Numbered from the stretch's first letter, positions 37,401 through 48,649 are shown. The stretch is 64,000 nucleotides of DNA from Guillardia theta CCMP2712 (GCF_000315625.1 NW_005434652.1:504156-568155), one strand, 5' to 3'. The notes: generated by a model from the letters alone, not told the origin. Numbers and translations: made by a program.

Positions 37401-38777
37401 ACGGGACAGGTTGAAGTGATCAAACATCAGAAGTTCCAGAAGCAGAGAAAAGTGATGCAGATGCTGTCGTCGCTGCAGGTGAGCTGTTCTGAGAGCAAGT
37501 TTTCTTTCACTTATCGTCGTCATCAAGTTCTTCATTGACAAGGCAGAAGCCTTCGCAACCGAGAGGTTTGCAGCGCTTCAGTGCATGCGGCCCATCCGTT
37601 GCTCAGCGTTTGACTAGCGCGACGTCCGGAGCTGCGGAGGGATCGGCAGCTCACACGCTGTTCAAAGCCAATGAAGTGAAGTCCAGGTAGGAAGCAGCGG
37701 AGGAGGAGCAGGAAGTTTGACATTGGTGTCCACAGCTTCGAGAAGCTAATCAATAACAGGAAGACAAGGTGAAGCGTCCGATCTGTGGAACAACCTGTCA
37801 TTGTGAGTTGCCAGACACATGGTCGACGATCTTCGCGAGCTGTTCTCGTCCTTTGACCAGGTTCATCACCGTGTGAAAACCTCCCTGACCTCACTTTTAC
37901 ATGAAGGACAACAGCGGGGCGATCGAAAGGGAAGAGTTGGGGCAGGTAGATATCGAGGGAGGGGTGCTTGGAGGGGATGGGTGGAAGGGAGGGGAGGAAA
38001 GTTGGAAGCGAGGCTTCTCTGGCCTCTACCTGCTCACTCTCAACCCGGGCAGCTCCTGCAGTGCATGGGACAGTCCAAGTCCGAGGACGAGGTCAGTGGC
38101 TGCCGTGAATTCCAGCGCGTCCTGACCTCGCTCTTCAGGTGGATCGACTGTTCAATCTCATGGACGCGGACGGGAGCGGTCTGTGCTGCTTCCACGAGCG
38201 ATGGGCCCGCCTGACTTCGCTTGCCTCCCAGGAGACGTCGACTTCGAGGAGTTCTGCATCGTGAGGCTGGTCCGTAGGCAGCTGCCGCCCCTCACCGTGG
38301 CACGCAGGTGATCCTTCATAACCGAGAGACGAAGAAGAGTCTGGACCCGCGGTAGCTCCTCCCTTGACAAGCCTGCTGGCTGATCACAAGTTGCCAGCTC
38401 GATCGCAGAGCGCATGTGGAAGCTCTTCGACAAGGACGGGGACGGGAGGTGAAGTCTGCTGCTCCTGCCCTGCTGCGGCCCTGACCGACACCACCAGCAT
38501 CTGTCCGGACGAAATGCTGGAGGCTTTCACCACCCTGGTGCGAGCTCGCCTGCGATGAGGAGCGAGAGGTGGGAGGGCGTGACGCTTGTTGAAGGGCAAG
38601 AACTGGGACGTGGAAGACATCCGTACTCTCATGCACGAGATCGACAATGATCAGGTCCGTGTTCACGCTGCCAGCTCCCGCTGATTCAAGGCCTCACGTC
38701 CTTGGCAGAGCGGGACGATAGAGAAGTCAGAGTTCGTGGAGTACATCACTTCCATCATGAGCTCTAGCCACCATTGA
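34499..38777 (+). CDS. MLO-like multi-pass membrane protein with C-terminal calmodulin-like four-EF-hand module; many short exons
   Basis: MLO-type motifs in order: SILFD...FFSELATLGFIG, IFEGLHFL|LFAVSVVF, KQWADWEYE, EFYRLRHRFIQDH, AKIIEIKPVDW. EF-hands: FDQ|DNSGAIEREE, MDADGS|GDVDFEEF, FDKDGDG|SICPDE, IDNDQ|SGTIEKSEF. Ends SSSHH-TGA 38777. Confidence 0.75.
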
Positions 38778-38873
38778 TCATTTAACGAACAGTTCGACAA
38801 ATCCTCTCCTCTCATATCCTCTCCCTACTCTAGTCTACTCCACTACTCTGCTTTCAACCTACTCTGCTCTACT

Positions 38874-38938
38874 CTCACCTCACTCTCTTCACCTCTCTTC
38901 ACCTCTCTTCACCTCACTTCACCTCTCTTCACCTCTCA
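38874..38938 (+). repeat. (CACCTCTCTT)n minisatellite
   Basis: Tandem ~10-mers between the EF-hand gene and the tRNA. Confidence 0.8.
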
Positions 38939-39010
38939 TATTCTCCTGTTATATCAACTTTGAGACACCCCTGCTCCCCAAGGCGAGCTCCACATCAGGA
39001 GCTTCTGACT

Positions 39011-39082
39011 GCCGTGTTAGTATAGTGGTCAGTATCCCCGCCTGTCACGCGGGAGACCTGGGTTCAATTCCCAGACGCGGCG
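39011..39082 (+). tRNA. trnD-GUC: tRNA-Asp(GTC)
   Basis: 72-nt cloverleaf: acceptor GCCGTGT/ACGCGGC plus discriminator G, D-arm TAGTATAGTGGT, anticodon GTC at 39044-39046, T-arm GGTTCAATTCC; no intron. Confidence 0.97.
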
Positions 39083-39116
39083 ACCCTTCGGGTGGTCCTC
39101 CTCGCAATAGAGGAGA

Positions 39117-39125
39117 TTTCTTTTT
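39117..39125 (+). terminator. Pol III T-run terminator of tRNA-Asp
   Basis: tttcttttt ~35 bp downstream of the tRNA. Confidence 0.55.
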
Positions 39126-39583
39126 AGCATGCGGAAGTTCTCCCGCCCTCGTAGCCTCAGCGTGTTCGGCAGCCCCGGGCCCTCTCAGTCTCAGTCTCGC
39201 AATGGCCCGGCTTCACGCGGGCCTCAGGGCCTGACTGTTCGCCGCCTGGTCGGGCCCGGCCCAAGGCATGATCCCGCCACTTCTTTACTCAAAGTAACGG
39301 ACACTAGTACGCCGACTAATAAAACGACTGGGATAAAACCATTTTTGCATCAGAGACGGGTCCTGCTACCACAGTCCTCCTATTTTTGTACTGTGACAGT
39401 GTTGGGGGTAGGGTGGTAAACCCTGCAGGCACCGGAGCAACAAGCTAGCCCCTTTATATGACAGCTACGCCCACTGAGGCATTTCCCCCCGTTCCAACCC
39501 TCTTCCTTGCAGCGAAGCAGAAGCAGCTCTGATCGAGCAGAGTCCCTCGTCCTCCGGATCCTGCCTACTCTCAACATCACGAG

Positions 39584-41446
39584 ATGACATGGCGACGGCT
39601 TGCATCGATGACGATCCTCTTCAGTGTGCATATCGCTTGTATGTCAGTCAACCCGAGCCCGATGCCCTTCGGATTGCGGTGGCAATCAGGTAAAGCGAAC
39701 TTCAAGCTATGGGCTCCTCATGCAGCTTCTGTTGCGCTGGAGGTCAAGCAGGGCGAAGAAGTCGCCACACATCAGCTGACCAGGCAAGGAGATTCTTTCG
39801 AGAAGGACCAGCTCGACATCTCCCCGGGGGATTCTTACCGCATCGTCCTCACAACCAGCGACGGGCGACAGGTTTATCGCCGCGACCCCTACGCGAGAGG
39901 CGTCGAGGCCAGCGACTCGTTCTGGTGTGTGTGCGTGGAAGACAGCTCAAAGTACAAGTGGCGATGTGATTGGAAGGCGCCAACGTGGGACCAGCTAATC
40001 ATCTATGAGATGCACGTCGGTTCCTTCACTGAGGAAGGAACGTTCGAGGCAGCTGAAGCCAAGCTCGACCACCTTGCGGACCTCGGCTTCACCGCCATCG
40101 AAGTCATGCCCATCACAGAGTTCGACTCGACACACGATGGAGGGTGGGGCTACAACCCCCGACAGCTGCTGGCGACGCATCCCAAGTACGGCAGTGCCGA
40201 CCAGTTCCGCCATTTCGTGGACCAGGCGCACGAGAGAGGAATCGCTGTGATCGTCGACGTCGTGCTGCATCATCCTGCAGTAGAGGGGAACATCCTCTGG
40301 GATTTCGACGGATGGAGCCAGGACAACAACGGGGGCATCTACCATGAAGGGGCGCCCGACACTCAGTGGGGGCGGGGCTACGCATGGTGGAAGTCGGAGG
40401 TGATCGACCTGCTCACGGGCGGCTGCCTCGTGTGGCTCGACGAGTGCAACTGCGACGGCTTGCGGTTCGACTCAGCCCTGGACATCCCGACGGATGTGGC
40501 GCAGAAGCTGACGCATCGCTGCCACGAGCTCTTCCCCGGCAAGATCCTCATCGCCGAGGTGACGCCGGAGAACCCCAGGGCCATCTACGAGTGCGGCTTC
40601 GACTCCCTCTGGATCCATTCCAGCTACTTCGACATCATCCAGCAGCACCGAGCCCTGGGCAGAGGCCACCATGGCGGAGGAGACTGGGCAAGCGGGTGGG
40701 ACATCCCGAAGCTCAGGACCGCCTTTGGCATGCACTACGGGTTCAGCTCGACAACCCAGACGGTCAAGTACTTCCTCGGCTCACACGATCAGTGTGGGTG
40801 CCGCCATGGCGGCGGTCACTACGAAGACTACAAGGAGATCGGAGGACAGCATCGTTACGCTGTCGACCAGTACGGTTTCTGCGGGAGACCAGACGGCAAG
40901 GCGCTCGCGGCCGCTCGTATGTGGTACTCGACCATGGTGTCCTCGATGGGACTGCCGATGTGCTTCATGGGCACAGAGTGGGCGCAACCAGGATGGTGGG
41001 ACTGCACGCCAGAGAGGAGGATCAGCTGGGACCTGGCCAAGGATACCATCGGGATGCAGATGATGAGTGCGCTGCGCGACATCCACAAGCTGAGAGCAGG
41101 CAGCGGGGCCCTGAGGTACGGAGGGACGAGGATGCTGCATGAGGACAGGCCCAACGGAGTGATTGGCTTCGAGCGGTGCGATGGTAAGGACAGGTACTAC
41201 GTTCTTGTCAACGCGGGACTGAAATCGTTCGGCAACTACGGAGCTTGGGCGGAGTATGGCGTCTTCCAAGAGGTGTTCTGCTCACAGTCGAGCAAGTATG
41301 GCGGGAAGTACGATGACGGTACGGAAATCCCTTCCACCTGCAACGAGGGCAGCCTGTCTTGCAACGGAGGAACTCTCACTGTATGCTTACCGCGGCAATG
41401 CACCTTTGTGTTCTCAGACAAATCTTTTCAGAACGCGAATGAATAA
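39584..41446 (+). CDS. GH13 alpha-amylase-family enzyme with N-terminal CBM48 (GlgB/TreZ-like glucan branching or hydrolase), intronless
   Basis: CBM48: FKLWAPHA...RDPYAR. GH13 motifs: IYEMHVGSFT, LGFTAIEVMP, WGYNP, DVVLHH. Catalytic residues in DGLRFD / IAE / SHD. Possible signal peptide before the Met at 39641. Confidence 0.92.
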   Translation: MTWRRLASMTILFSVHIACMSVNPSPMPFGLRWQSGKANFKLWAPHAASVALEVKQGEEVATHQLTRQGDSFEKDQLDISPGDSYRIVLTTSDGRQVYRRDPYARGVEASDSFWCVCVEDSSKYKWRCDWKAPTWDQLIIYEMHVGSFTEEGTFEAAEAKLDHLADLGFTAIEVMPITEFDSTHDGGWGYNPRQLLATHPKYGSADQFRHFVDQAHERGIAVIVDVVLHHPAVEGNILWDFDGWSQDNNGGIYHEGAPDTQWGRGYAWWKSEVIDLLTGGCLVWLDECNCDGLRFDSALDIPTDVAQKLTHRCHELFPGKILIAEVTPENPRAIYECGFDSLWIHSSYFDIIQQHRALGRGHHGGGDWASGWDIPKLRTAFGMHYGFSSTTQTVKYFLGSHDQCGCRHGGGHYEDYKEIGGQHRYAVDQYGFCGRPDGKALAAARMWYSTMVSSMGLPMCFMGTEWAQPGWWDCTPERRISWDLAKDTIGMQMMSALRDIHKLRAGSGALRYGGTRMLHEDRPNGVIGFERCDGKDRYYVLVNAGLKSFGNYGAWAEYGVFQEVFCSQSSKYGGKYDDGTEIPSTCNEGSLSCNGGTLTVCLPRQCTFVFSDKSFQNANE

Positions 41447-41454
41447 AACAGATC

Positions 41455-44400
41455 AAGCCCGCAGCACATGTACACTCTTCCTCCTCTCCTCCTCCTCCTC
41501 CTCCTTCACTGTCCTGCATCTTTTCTTCCTCCTGGTCCTGTGCAGTTTCCGAGCTGGAGGCACCTGCATGTAGTGCTGTGAGCAAGCATGATGGCGCAAG
41601 TGAAAGAGCACGTGAAGCCTCGTCGGGCCGAGGAAGTTCCACCGCTCGGAGCGAGGAGCTCAGTGATGAAAATCATCACGTTCTTGCTGGAGTCCTCCCA
41701 CTGGCTGAAGCACCTTCATCTACCCGGTCACCTCACAAGCACAAGCACGTCCCAGCATCACTTGATGAGCGTTGGAGAGAAGTAGACCGTCCTCTCCCGC
41801 CTCCTCTTCTCTTCGAGCTACACACAGTCAGGTCCCTGCGGCGACTCATGGCGCCTCTACCATCTCCGCTGACATGTACTCCTCTGGGATCGCATCCTCC
41901 CAGTCCACAGGCTTCTCGCTCTCCCAGGGCCTACCAGCAGGTGTCAAGTTGGTCCACGTGCGGAGACAAGAGACATGAGGGCCTTCCAGGCGCTGATGCC
42001 GGTGATGGACTCAAGCTCCGTCTGAGACAGCCCAACACTCGACTCCATCTGCTCCTCAGTAAGCAGGGGGAGGCAGGAAGAGCCTTGCACCTGCTCCAGT
42101 ATGTCCTTCGACCCTCTCGCTTCCTTTCCTGTCGCCTTGTTCGGCTGCATGACGTCAGTTCAGGTGCTGTCAGGGCAGCGAGTCGTGTACAAGAGCTTGT
42201 GTCCAAGTGGAGCGAAGAGCGACTCGTCCTAGCCTGTCGATCGCCAAGCCGTACTGAAAGACTGCAGGCTGCAAATGAAGGTCAGGAGGTGACGTCAGAT
42301 GGCACGAGGTTCCTGCTCTTGCGTGAGGCGTTGGCAGGTGCGAACTTCTTCCAGCAGGCGCATCTTGAGCTCGCAAGAAAGATTCGCCAGGGGAACCTGC
42401 CGAGTTGAAACTTGTCGGAACGACTTGAAAGGTGTTGCGATCGCTCGACCTCGTTCCATGCCAAGAAGGTGTTGGTCTCGGTATCAAGGCACCTGTAGAT
42501 GGTTCTAAAGTCATTTTGATCCAGCACGTCGCTCGTCCTCTGATATCTGAGGTCTTCTCAGTCAGGCGGCATCTTCATAGCGATACCTCACCTGCCCCTC
42601 TTCGAGTCGGAGCCATCGAAGATCGGAGGAGAGATTTCAACGATCTGCACCTGCGGCGACCAGTAAAGACCAGGTACCCTTGCTCCATCCTAGTACCGTG
42701 AGGCCCTCCCACTCCGTAAGGAAGGGGGGCTCGAGGTAGGTCGACGCCATGACGCCCACGGCCTGGAAGTTGGTGATGTTGAGGTCGTTGAGGGAGCTGT
42801 CGGAGAGGCCGATCATCTCTAACAGGAACCCTCTGAAGACTCTTCATCAGCACGACACGTCAGCACGGCCGGGCTCACTTCTCTTGACAGCTGACTCTCA
42901 GCTGGAACATCTGGTCGACTATGTCTGGCCGAGCAAGGATGACGCCTTCGATTCGTTCGTAGGGGATCTCAACCACGAAACTTTGTTGGGTGCACGTGAC
43001 CGTCGAGGTTGCTCGAGAGCCCAAGATGAGGCTGACCTCGCCCAGCTGCAACACGTCATCAACCCCAGCAGACAAGGGGCGGGTCTCACGGATTGCCCAT
43101 CCCTCACTCGTGCGACTTCCTGGTAGCCCTCGGAGGGGGAGCTCACATGGATCGCAGCGCTTCCCTCCAGCATGAGGAAGATGTTGTGACTGCTCGGGAG
43201 AGTCAGCAGCCTCACGCTCAGAGGGCTCATCCTACTTGGTCTTCCCCTGCTGGATGAGAATCGCATTCTCAGGATAGACTTGGATCTGCGACCCCAGCGC
43301 GAGCATCCGCAGCTCTCGATGATCGAGCATCGGGAACAAGCTTGAGGCAGACTGTCACCGCCCTTGGATCCGACCTTCACTTACTCACGCCGATGGGCTC
43401 CTGAGCATCAACGCTTCCGCGATGAAGGTTTCTGAGGAGCTGCCCTCGTAGAATTGCTTCATGGAGTTGATCTGCACGACGAGTGAGAAGGGGAGCAGTG
43501 CTCTTGTGACCTCACGAGCTCGTTGCTGATGAGAGCTCTAGACATCGATTCTCTCTTCAAAACCCCTACACAAGATCCTGACTGATTCCAGCTTTACCCT
43601 CGTCATCACGGGCAGTGTGTCTATCACCAGCGCGAGGACTGTTGCTATTCGCTGCTGGCCCAAAGCAACGCATGCGTCTTCGAAGGCGTCACCTTCCTTG
43701 TAGACCTGAACAACACCAGCTCAGGTCAGGTCGAGCCGAGATGGAGGCTCAATGAACGTCACCCTACCTGCGTCTCCAGCTCGATTGTCTTCGTCAAATT
43801 TTCTTTGGTCGTTGGATCTTGGAACGCGATGGATCGGGTACAGGTAGCCCGAGCACATCCCTTGATGATGATGAACATGCTGTCGCCGTCGTCGCCTTGC
43901 GAGCAGAGCAACTGACGACCAACACTCACTCTTGCCAACCACTGCCACGCCTACCGTGTCTGACTCAATATACATCTTCTCAACCTCCTTGGACAAAGTT
44001 TTGATCGCATCGTCGGACATAATTTCTAACAGCTTACACTTGCGCTGGAAGACTTTCAGATCAGCTGCATCGTCAGCAATTCAAAACCTGGGCGAGGATC
44101 TGAAGAGGAGATTTGTGCTTCTCCTGCCAAGTCAGAGAGCTCCTGAGCACTGCATTCACGTCCGCGTTCTTTCCTATCACAGATCGGAAGTGTTGAACAT
44201 GTATGTAGCAAACTTCACAGGGTCCCAGGGCCTTCACGGTCATGACACACCTGTACATCTCTCACTCCCCTACATTGCCAGGACTGTCAGGATACGGCAT
44301 GTCTAAGATCGCCTCCTCCCCGAACGTGTTCCCCCTCCCCAGCGTCAGCTCCTGTTACCCTCGTCACCTCTCGTCCAGCTGGAGTTGAATTACTCACGCG

Positions 44401-44744
44401 CTGGGAGATCTCGTTCGCTCCTTGGCCGTAGATAGAAGAGGCTTCGAGGGAACCAGACACCACACACTTCAAGCTGTCTCCCAACTCCCCATGCGCTGAT
44501 ATGACTTGATCCTTGTCAAACCTGTTTGCACGGAGATTGTGATATTGTATAACACCTCTCCTCCTCCCCCCATCACCTGTGTATCTTCCCCTTGTTGGAC
44601 AGATTGCGGATCTCCCTGTCGGTCAGAATCTTCAACAGCTCAGACAACCTAGCATGGAGTGAATCTTGTTTCATGAGCACAGAACCGTCACCTCTGCTGT
44701 AAAACTTTCTCAATCTTCTTGCGGTTCTCAACCATCTCGTCCAT
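41455..44744 (-). CDS. Protein with three cyclic-nucleotide-binding (CAP_ED) domains and a degenerate WNK-like kinase N-lobe; multi-exon, ends approximate
   Basis: CNB1: FDKDQVISAHGELGDSLKCVVSG...LGRGNTFGEEAIL..TVKAL. CNB2: LLCSQGDDGDSMFIIIKG. CNB3: IFLMLEG...LGEVSLILG...TVT. WNK-like: FRTIYRCLDTETNTFLAWNE and WEDSSKNVMIFITEL. Confidence 0.65.
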
Positions 44745-45046
44745 GTCTGAGGTACTTGACATGGTCGCCCGACTTGGCGTCCACCGCCCCTCCCGCCCCT
44801 CCCGCCTTCCTTGTTTCCTGCAGCAGTCTCATATCCTCTCCTCCCCACCCTTGCTTGCCGCTTCTCTTTCATCCTCTCACTGATCCCTTCCCCCCCCCTT
44901 CCATCCCCCTCCCGTTCCAAGTTCTACCCGCCTGTCCTGTTCTCCCCTCCCTGTTCCCCGCTGGCACGAGAACGAAGGATGCCTCCGATTGCCTCTGTTC
45001 TGCATGAACTTTGTTCGCAGAAGTAGCTCACTGACAGTAACTCACT

Positions 45047-45154
45047 GGCAGGGGCAGGGGCAGGGGCAGGGGCAGGGGCAGGGGCAGGGGCAGGGGCAGG
45101 AGCAGGGGCAGGGGCAGGGGCAGGAGCAGGAGCAAGAGCAGGAGCAGGAGGAGC
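45047..45154 (+). repeat. (GGGGCA)n/(GGAGCA)n hexamer array between divergent genes
   Basis: Tandem hexamers. Confidence 0.95.
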
Positions 45155-45292
45155 ATAGGTAGCTACTGTTTCTTGTGCGGTGTCAGTTTAAAGTGGTAAC
45201 TTGAAAGGGTGATGGTATCTTTCCAGGCGAGTTTCTTATTCAATGGCGCCTTTCATGTTTCGGATGCCCCCCTCTCACCCCCCAAACCGAGT

Positions 45293-48200
45293 ATGAGCAG
45301 ACTACTCCCTTCCTTCTCTCTTCCTCTCTTCTCTCTTGTTTCTTCTCTCCTTCCCTTCTCTCTCCGTCTCTCTGAGCGCTGTCTCCTCTCTCTCCCTCTT
45401 GTGGTAAGAGGAATTCCCTACGAACACTACAACTCTACATGTTCTCGTTTCGTTTGTCGCGTAGGGTGTGAAGAAAGTTAGGCAAACTCACCTCACCTGA
45501 CAGATGAGCATGAGGTGGAAGCTGAGGCTGGTCTCCCTTCACGCTGTCTTCCTCCATCAGTGTCTGAGCTTCACGACCCCAAGTTTGTGGCCCAGCCACG
45601 TAGGGACAAGGCAGTGAGTCCGATGCCTCCCCCCTACTTCATCTTGACCTCTGCCCTACTCAGAAACCTTCCTCTCGACTGTCCCCTTCGCCGAACCCTC
45701 CGGCGACCTTCCAGGATGTGTGGACTCGAGATGGCGAAGAGTTTCGACAGCGAGTTCGAGCAATGGTACCGAATGGAAAAAGCTGCCAAGGAGTACGCGG
45801 AGGCGAAAGAGAAGGATAAGGTGCGGGAGCTCCGACCTTACGGCTGCTCCTGATGCTGCTGTAAGGGCAACGTCCACCAGATCGGAGATGTGGTCCGTCA
45901 AGGCTCTTCGGCATGGATCATTACAGGCGTCCAAGGGGTGGAGGGTCCTGCGTGGAGGTTCGCGGGGAAAGAAGAGAGCTCGGGAGCAGCAGTGAGCATT
46001 CACTGTCTGTCCTTGAGGCAGATGGGAGGGAACTGGCAGGTTCACTCCGCACCAGTACAGCATCCTTCCTTCTCATTTGCTCCACAGTTCCTAGATAAAT
46101 TCCAACAGCGGGCTCGGCTGCTCAAGGTGAGCTGGAGTCAACCTCCTCCTGTTGCCCTTCCGGTGCCCTTGACGAAGACGCGCAGAATGTTCGCGTCGAC
46201 GGGGTTCCGAAGGTCCTTCGTCTCCAAGAGTGCGAGCAAGGGCGATGCTGAGATCGTTTTACAGCTGCTGCAGTCCTTCGAAGCAGACACAGAATCTGAC
46301 AAGGCGTACTACATGATCTTTGAGGTTCCAGCCCCCCGTTCCTTCTTGCTGATTGATCAGTTTGATAGTCTCCTTCCGATGTCACTCTACAAGATCTGCT
46401 CGATGCGGTTTCTCTCTCCTCTCTTTCCTCTTTCCTCCCCTCCTTTCCCTCATCCCTTTCTCCCTATCCTCCCTTCTGTGTCTCCCCTCCCTGTCCTCCC
46501 TCCTATCCCCCCCCACCCGGTCTGCCTTTCATGGTTCCGAGTTTCCGGTAGGGGCTTCGACCAACGGAGGAAGAGATCATGGAGATCGGGGTTGCAGTCC
46601 TTGAGGTTTGACGGGAGGGAGACGAGGGGCCTCGATCTCACCCGCGCTGCTTCACAGATCATGGAGGAGCTGTACGAGAAGAGGCCGCCCGTGTATCATT
46701 CTGCCATCACTCCTGACAACATCTTGATCTCCGCCGAGTCAAGGAGAGAAGGTTGACACCAGGAGGAGGAGGAGGATGGGAGGAGGAGGAGGATGGGAGG
46801 ATGAGGACAGATCGTTCTGAAAGAGAGGGACGGGGGGACTGGAGAGGGAGAGGCAGGAGGCAGGCATTGGAGGGCTTTCTCACTCCCATGAAGGAGGACG
46901 AGGGATCTGGCTCTCTGGGTTCGTTCCCGACGACAAATCCCGCACGAGAGCGCTGGCTGAGGGTTACCTTCCTCCTAACTCCCTCCTCCGACCACCGTCA
47001 GCAGGAAAGCCCATGGGGAGCAAGGTTGAGCATGACTGTTCTTCAGATGATGACGTCTTCTCCGTTGGAGCTGTGATGCTGCGCATGCTCTCTGGAAGGT
47101 CTTGACTCCGCCCGTCCTGTCTGCAGCTCACCGTTGCACCCAAGGGACCCCGTGGAGTTTCTGGTGCAGGAGAAGTCTGGGCTGGGAATGATGTCAATAA
47201 GGTTTCGTGGGGAGGTTGTAGAGGCGCCAGGAGTGTCGGGGCTCATCAACTGCAGGTGGTGATGAGCTCAAGGCTGGCCAAAGTCGTGGATGAAATGCTC
47301 GGTCTTTTTCTGTCCCTTCCCTCCCGTCCTCCTCTTTGCTCTGCCCCCTCCTCCCTCATCCACACTTTTGACCCATCCTCTCTTCCCCTCTTCTTCCTTA
47401 TCGCTTCTCCTACAGCATTCAACAGCCCAGTCTTCCGGAGCCCTCAGAGTGCCCTGGTGTCTCTCAAGCAAGCGGCGAGTGCCAAGACAGTGAGAGGGTC
47501 GAAGTGCAGAGTAGCAACGATGACGAGCGCGTGTGTTCACAGGAAGCCCTAGTGACTTCACTTCCGACCGTGCAGGCAATTGATGTGCGAGCTGAGGAAA
47601 AGCTGACAGCTGTCCCCCCCCCCCCCCCAGACCGCAAGAAAGCCAGCGAACACCAAAGTCAGCCAAGGAGCATTCTCCTCTCGGCTCCTCTAACGCTCTT
47701 CGATCCTCCAGGTCGAGCTGATCAGGGGCCTCGACTCCCTGCAGCTGATGGTCCCTGCGGTCAGACCCTCCTCGAGCAACCATGGCAGTGACTCGCACTC
47801 AGGATGGGATGAGCTCGTCCACCCTGTCGACCGGAGGCTTCACAGTCGCTTGGAATTTCGGTACGTCAGGAGGAGGGGAGGGAGGAGGGGGGGAGGTGGC
47901 AGGAGGGAGGGAAGGAAATTTTTAGAGCTGCGTGAAGGCATCGGCATGTGGACTGTGAGCGCCATCACCGGAGGAGCTCCCCTCCTCTTCACCGCCTTCT
48001 CCATCCCCTTCTGGATCGTGGGGGCGAGACTCGCAAGGGTGCAGCAGCTAGTGAATGAGAGAAGGAGAGTGACTGGGGCCGGCAGGACACGTTCAAGTCA
48101 GCGTTGGTGGGGGTCAGGTGGATGGTCGAGGCAGGATGAGGGGGCTCTCAAGGTGACCAGGTTGAACATGGACCGAGACGAGTTCTCGCTGCGGGAGGAG

Positions 48201-48649
48201 ATAGTCGGAGGGACTGAGTACAAAGTGAGGAGCGGTGAGAAGGCAGGGGAGATTTGACAGGGGGGATTGAGGGCGATTGACAACAGGGAAGACGTCGGAT
48301 TTGACCGAAGTCGATCTCTTCGTCAGTGGGTACATCAACGAGAACCCGGTCAGGTCAGCGGGGCCTCTTAATGATGCGAGCTGCTGGGAGGTGAGGAGTC
48401 TGTCGTCGAACAGGTGCATAAGGATGGTGGCGGGTGCGGAGGTTATCACGTTCGGTCAGAACCTGGAACTCGTGAGAACCATGTCCCTCGGTTTTTTTTC
48501 TGTCTGACACGACTTGATCTCGTTCGTTTGCTGTATCTCCTCGCGACTTGCAGGCTGAGCAGGATTGGATCGTCTCTGAGATTAGAAATGTGAATGTGTT
48601 TCTTGATACTCAGAAATCGTGACATTGTCTTCAGTTTCTGGAGTTATGA
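45293..48649 (+). CDS. Cyanobacterial-type Ser/Thr pseudokinase with C-terminal two-TM domain; multi-exon
   Basis: AVSIHCLSLRQMGGNWQ|FLDKFQQRARLLK, FEADTESDKAYYMIFE and RPPVYHSAITPDNILIS. The C-terminus GFTVAWNF|GIGMWT...LFTAFSIPFWIVG...ITFGQNLEL|AEQDWIVSEI resembles cyanobacterial Pkn kinases. The start is uncertain. Confidence 0.65.

Noticed and set aside
39083-39097. UUCG-like hairpin right after tRNA-Asp
   Set aside because: The stem is only 2-3 bp; not supportable as a separate RNA element.
40366-41269. Overlapping ORFs within the GH13 gene
   Set aside because: GC3-driven shadow frames with Arg/Pro-rich non-protein composition.
41578-42408. 276-aa plus-strand ORF after the GH13 gene
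   Set aside because: No recognisable motifs, and it overlaps minus-strand exons carrying WNK-like motifs with proper splice signals.
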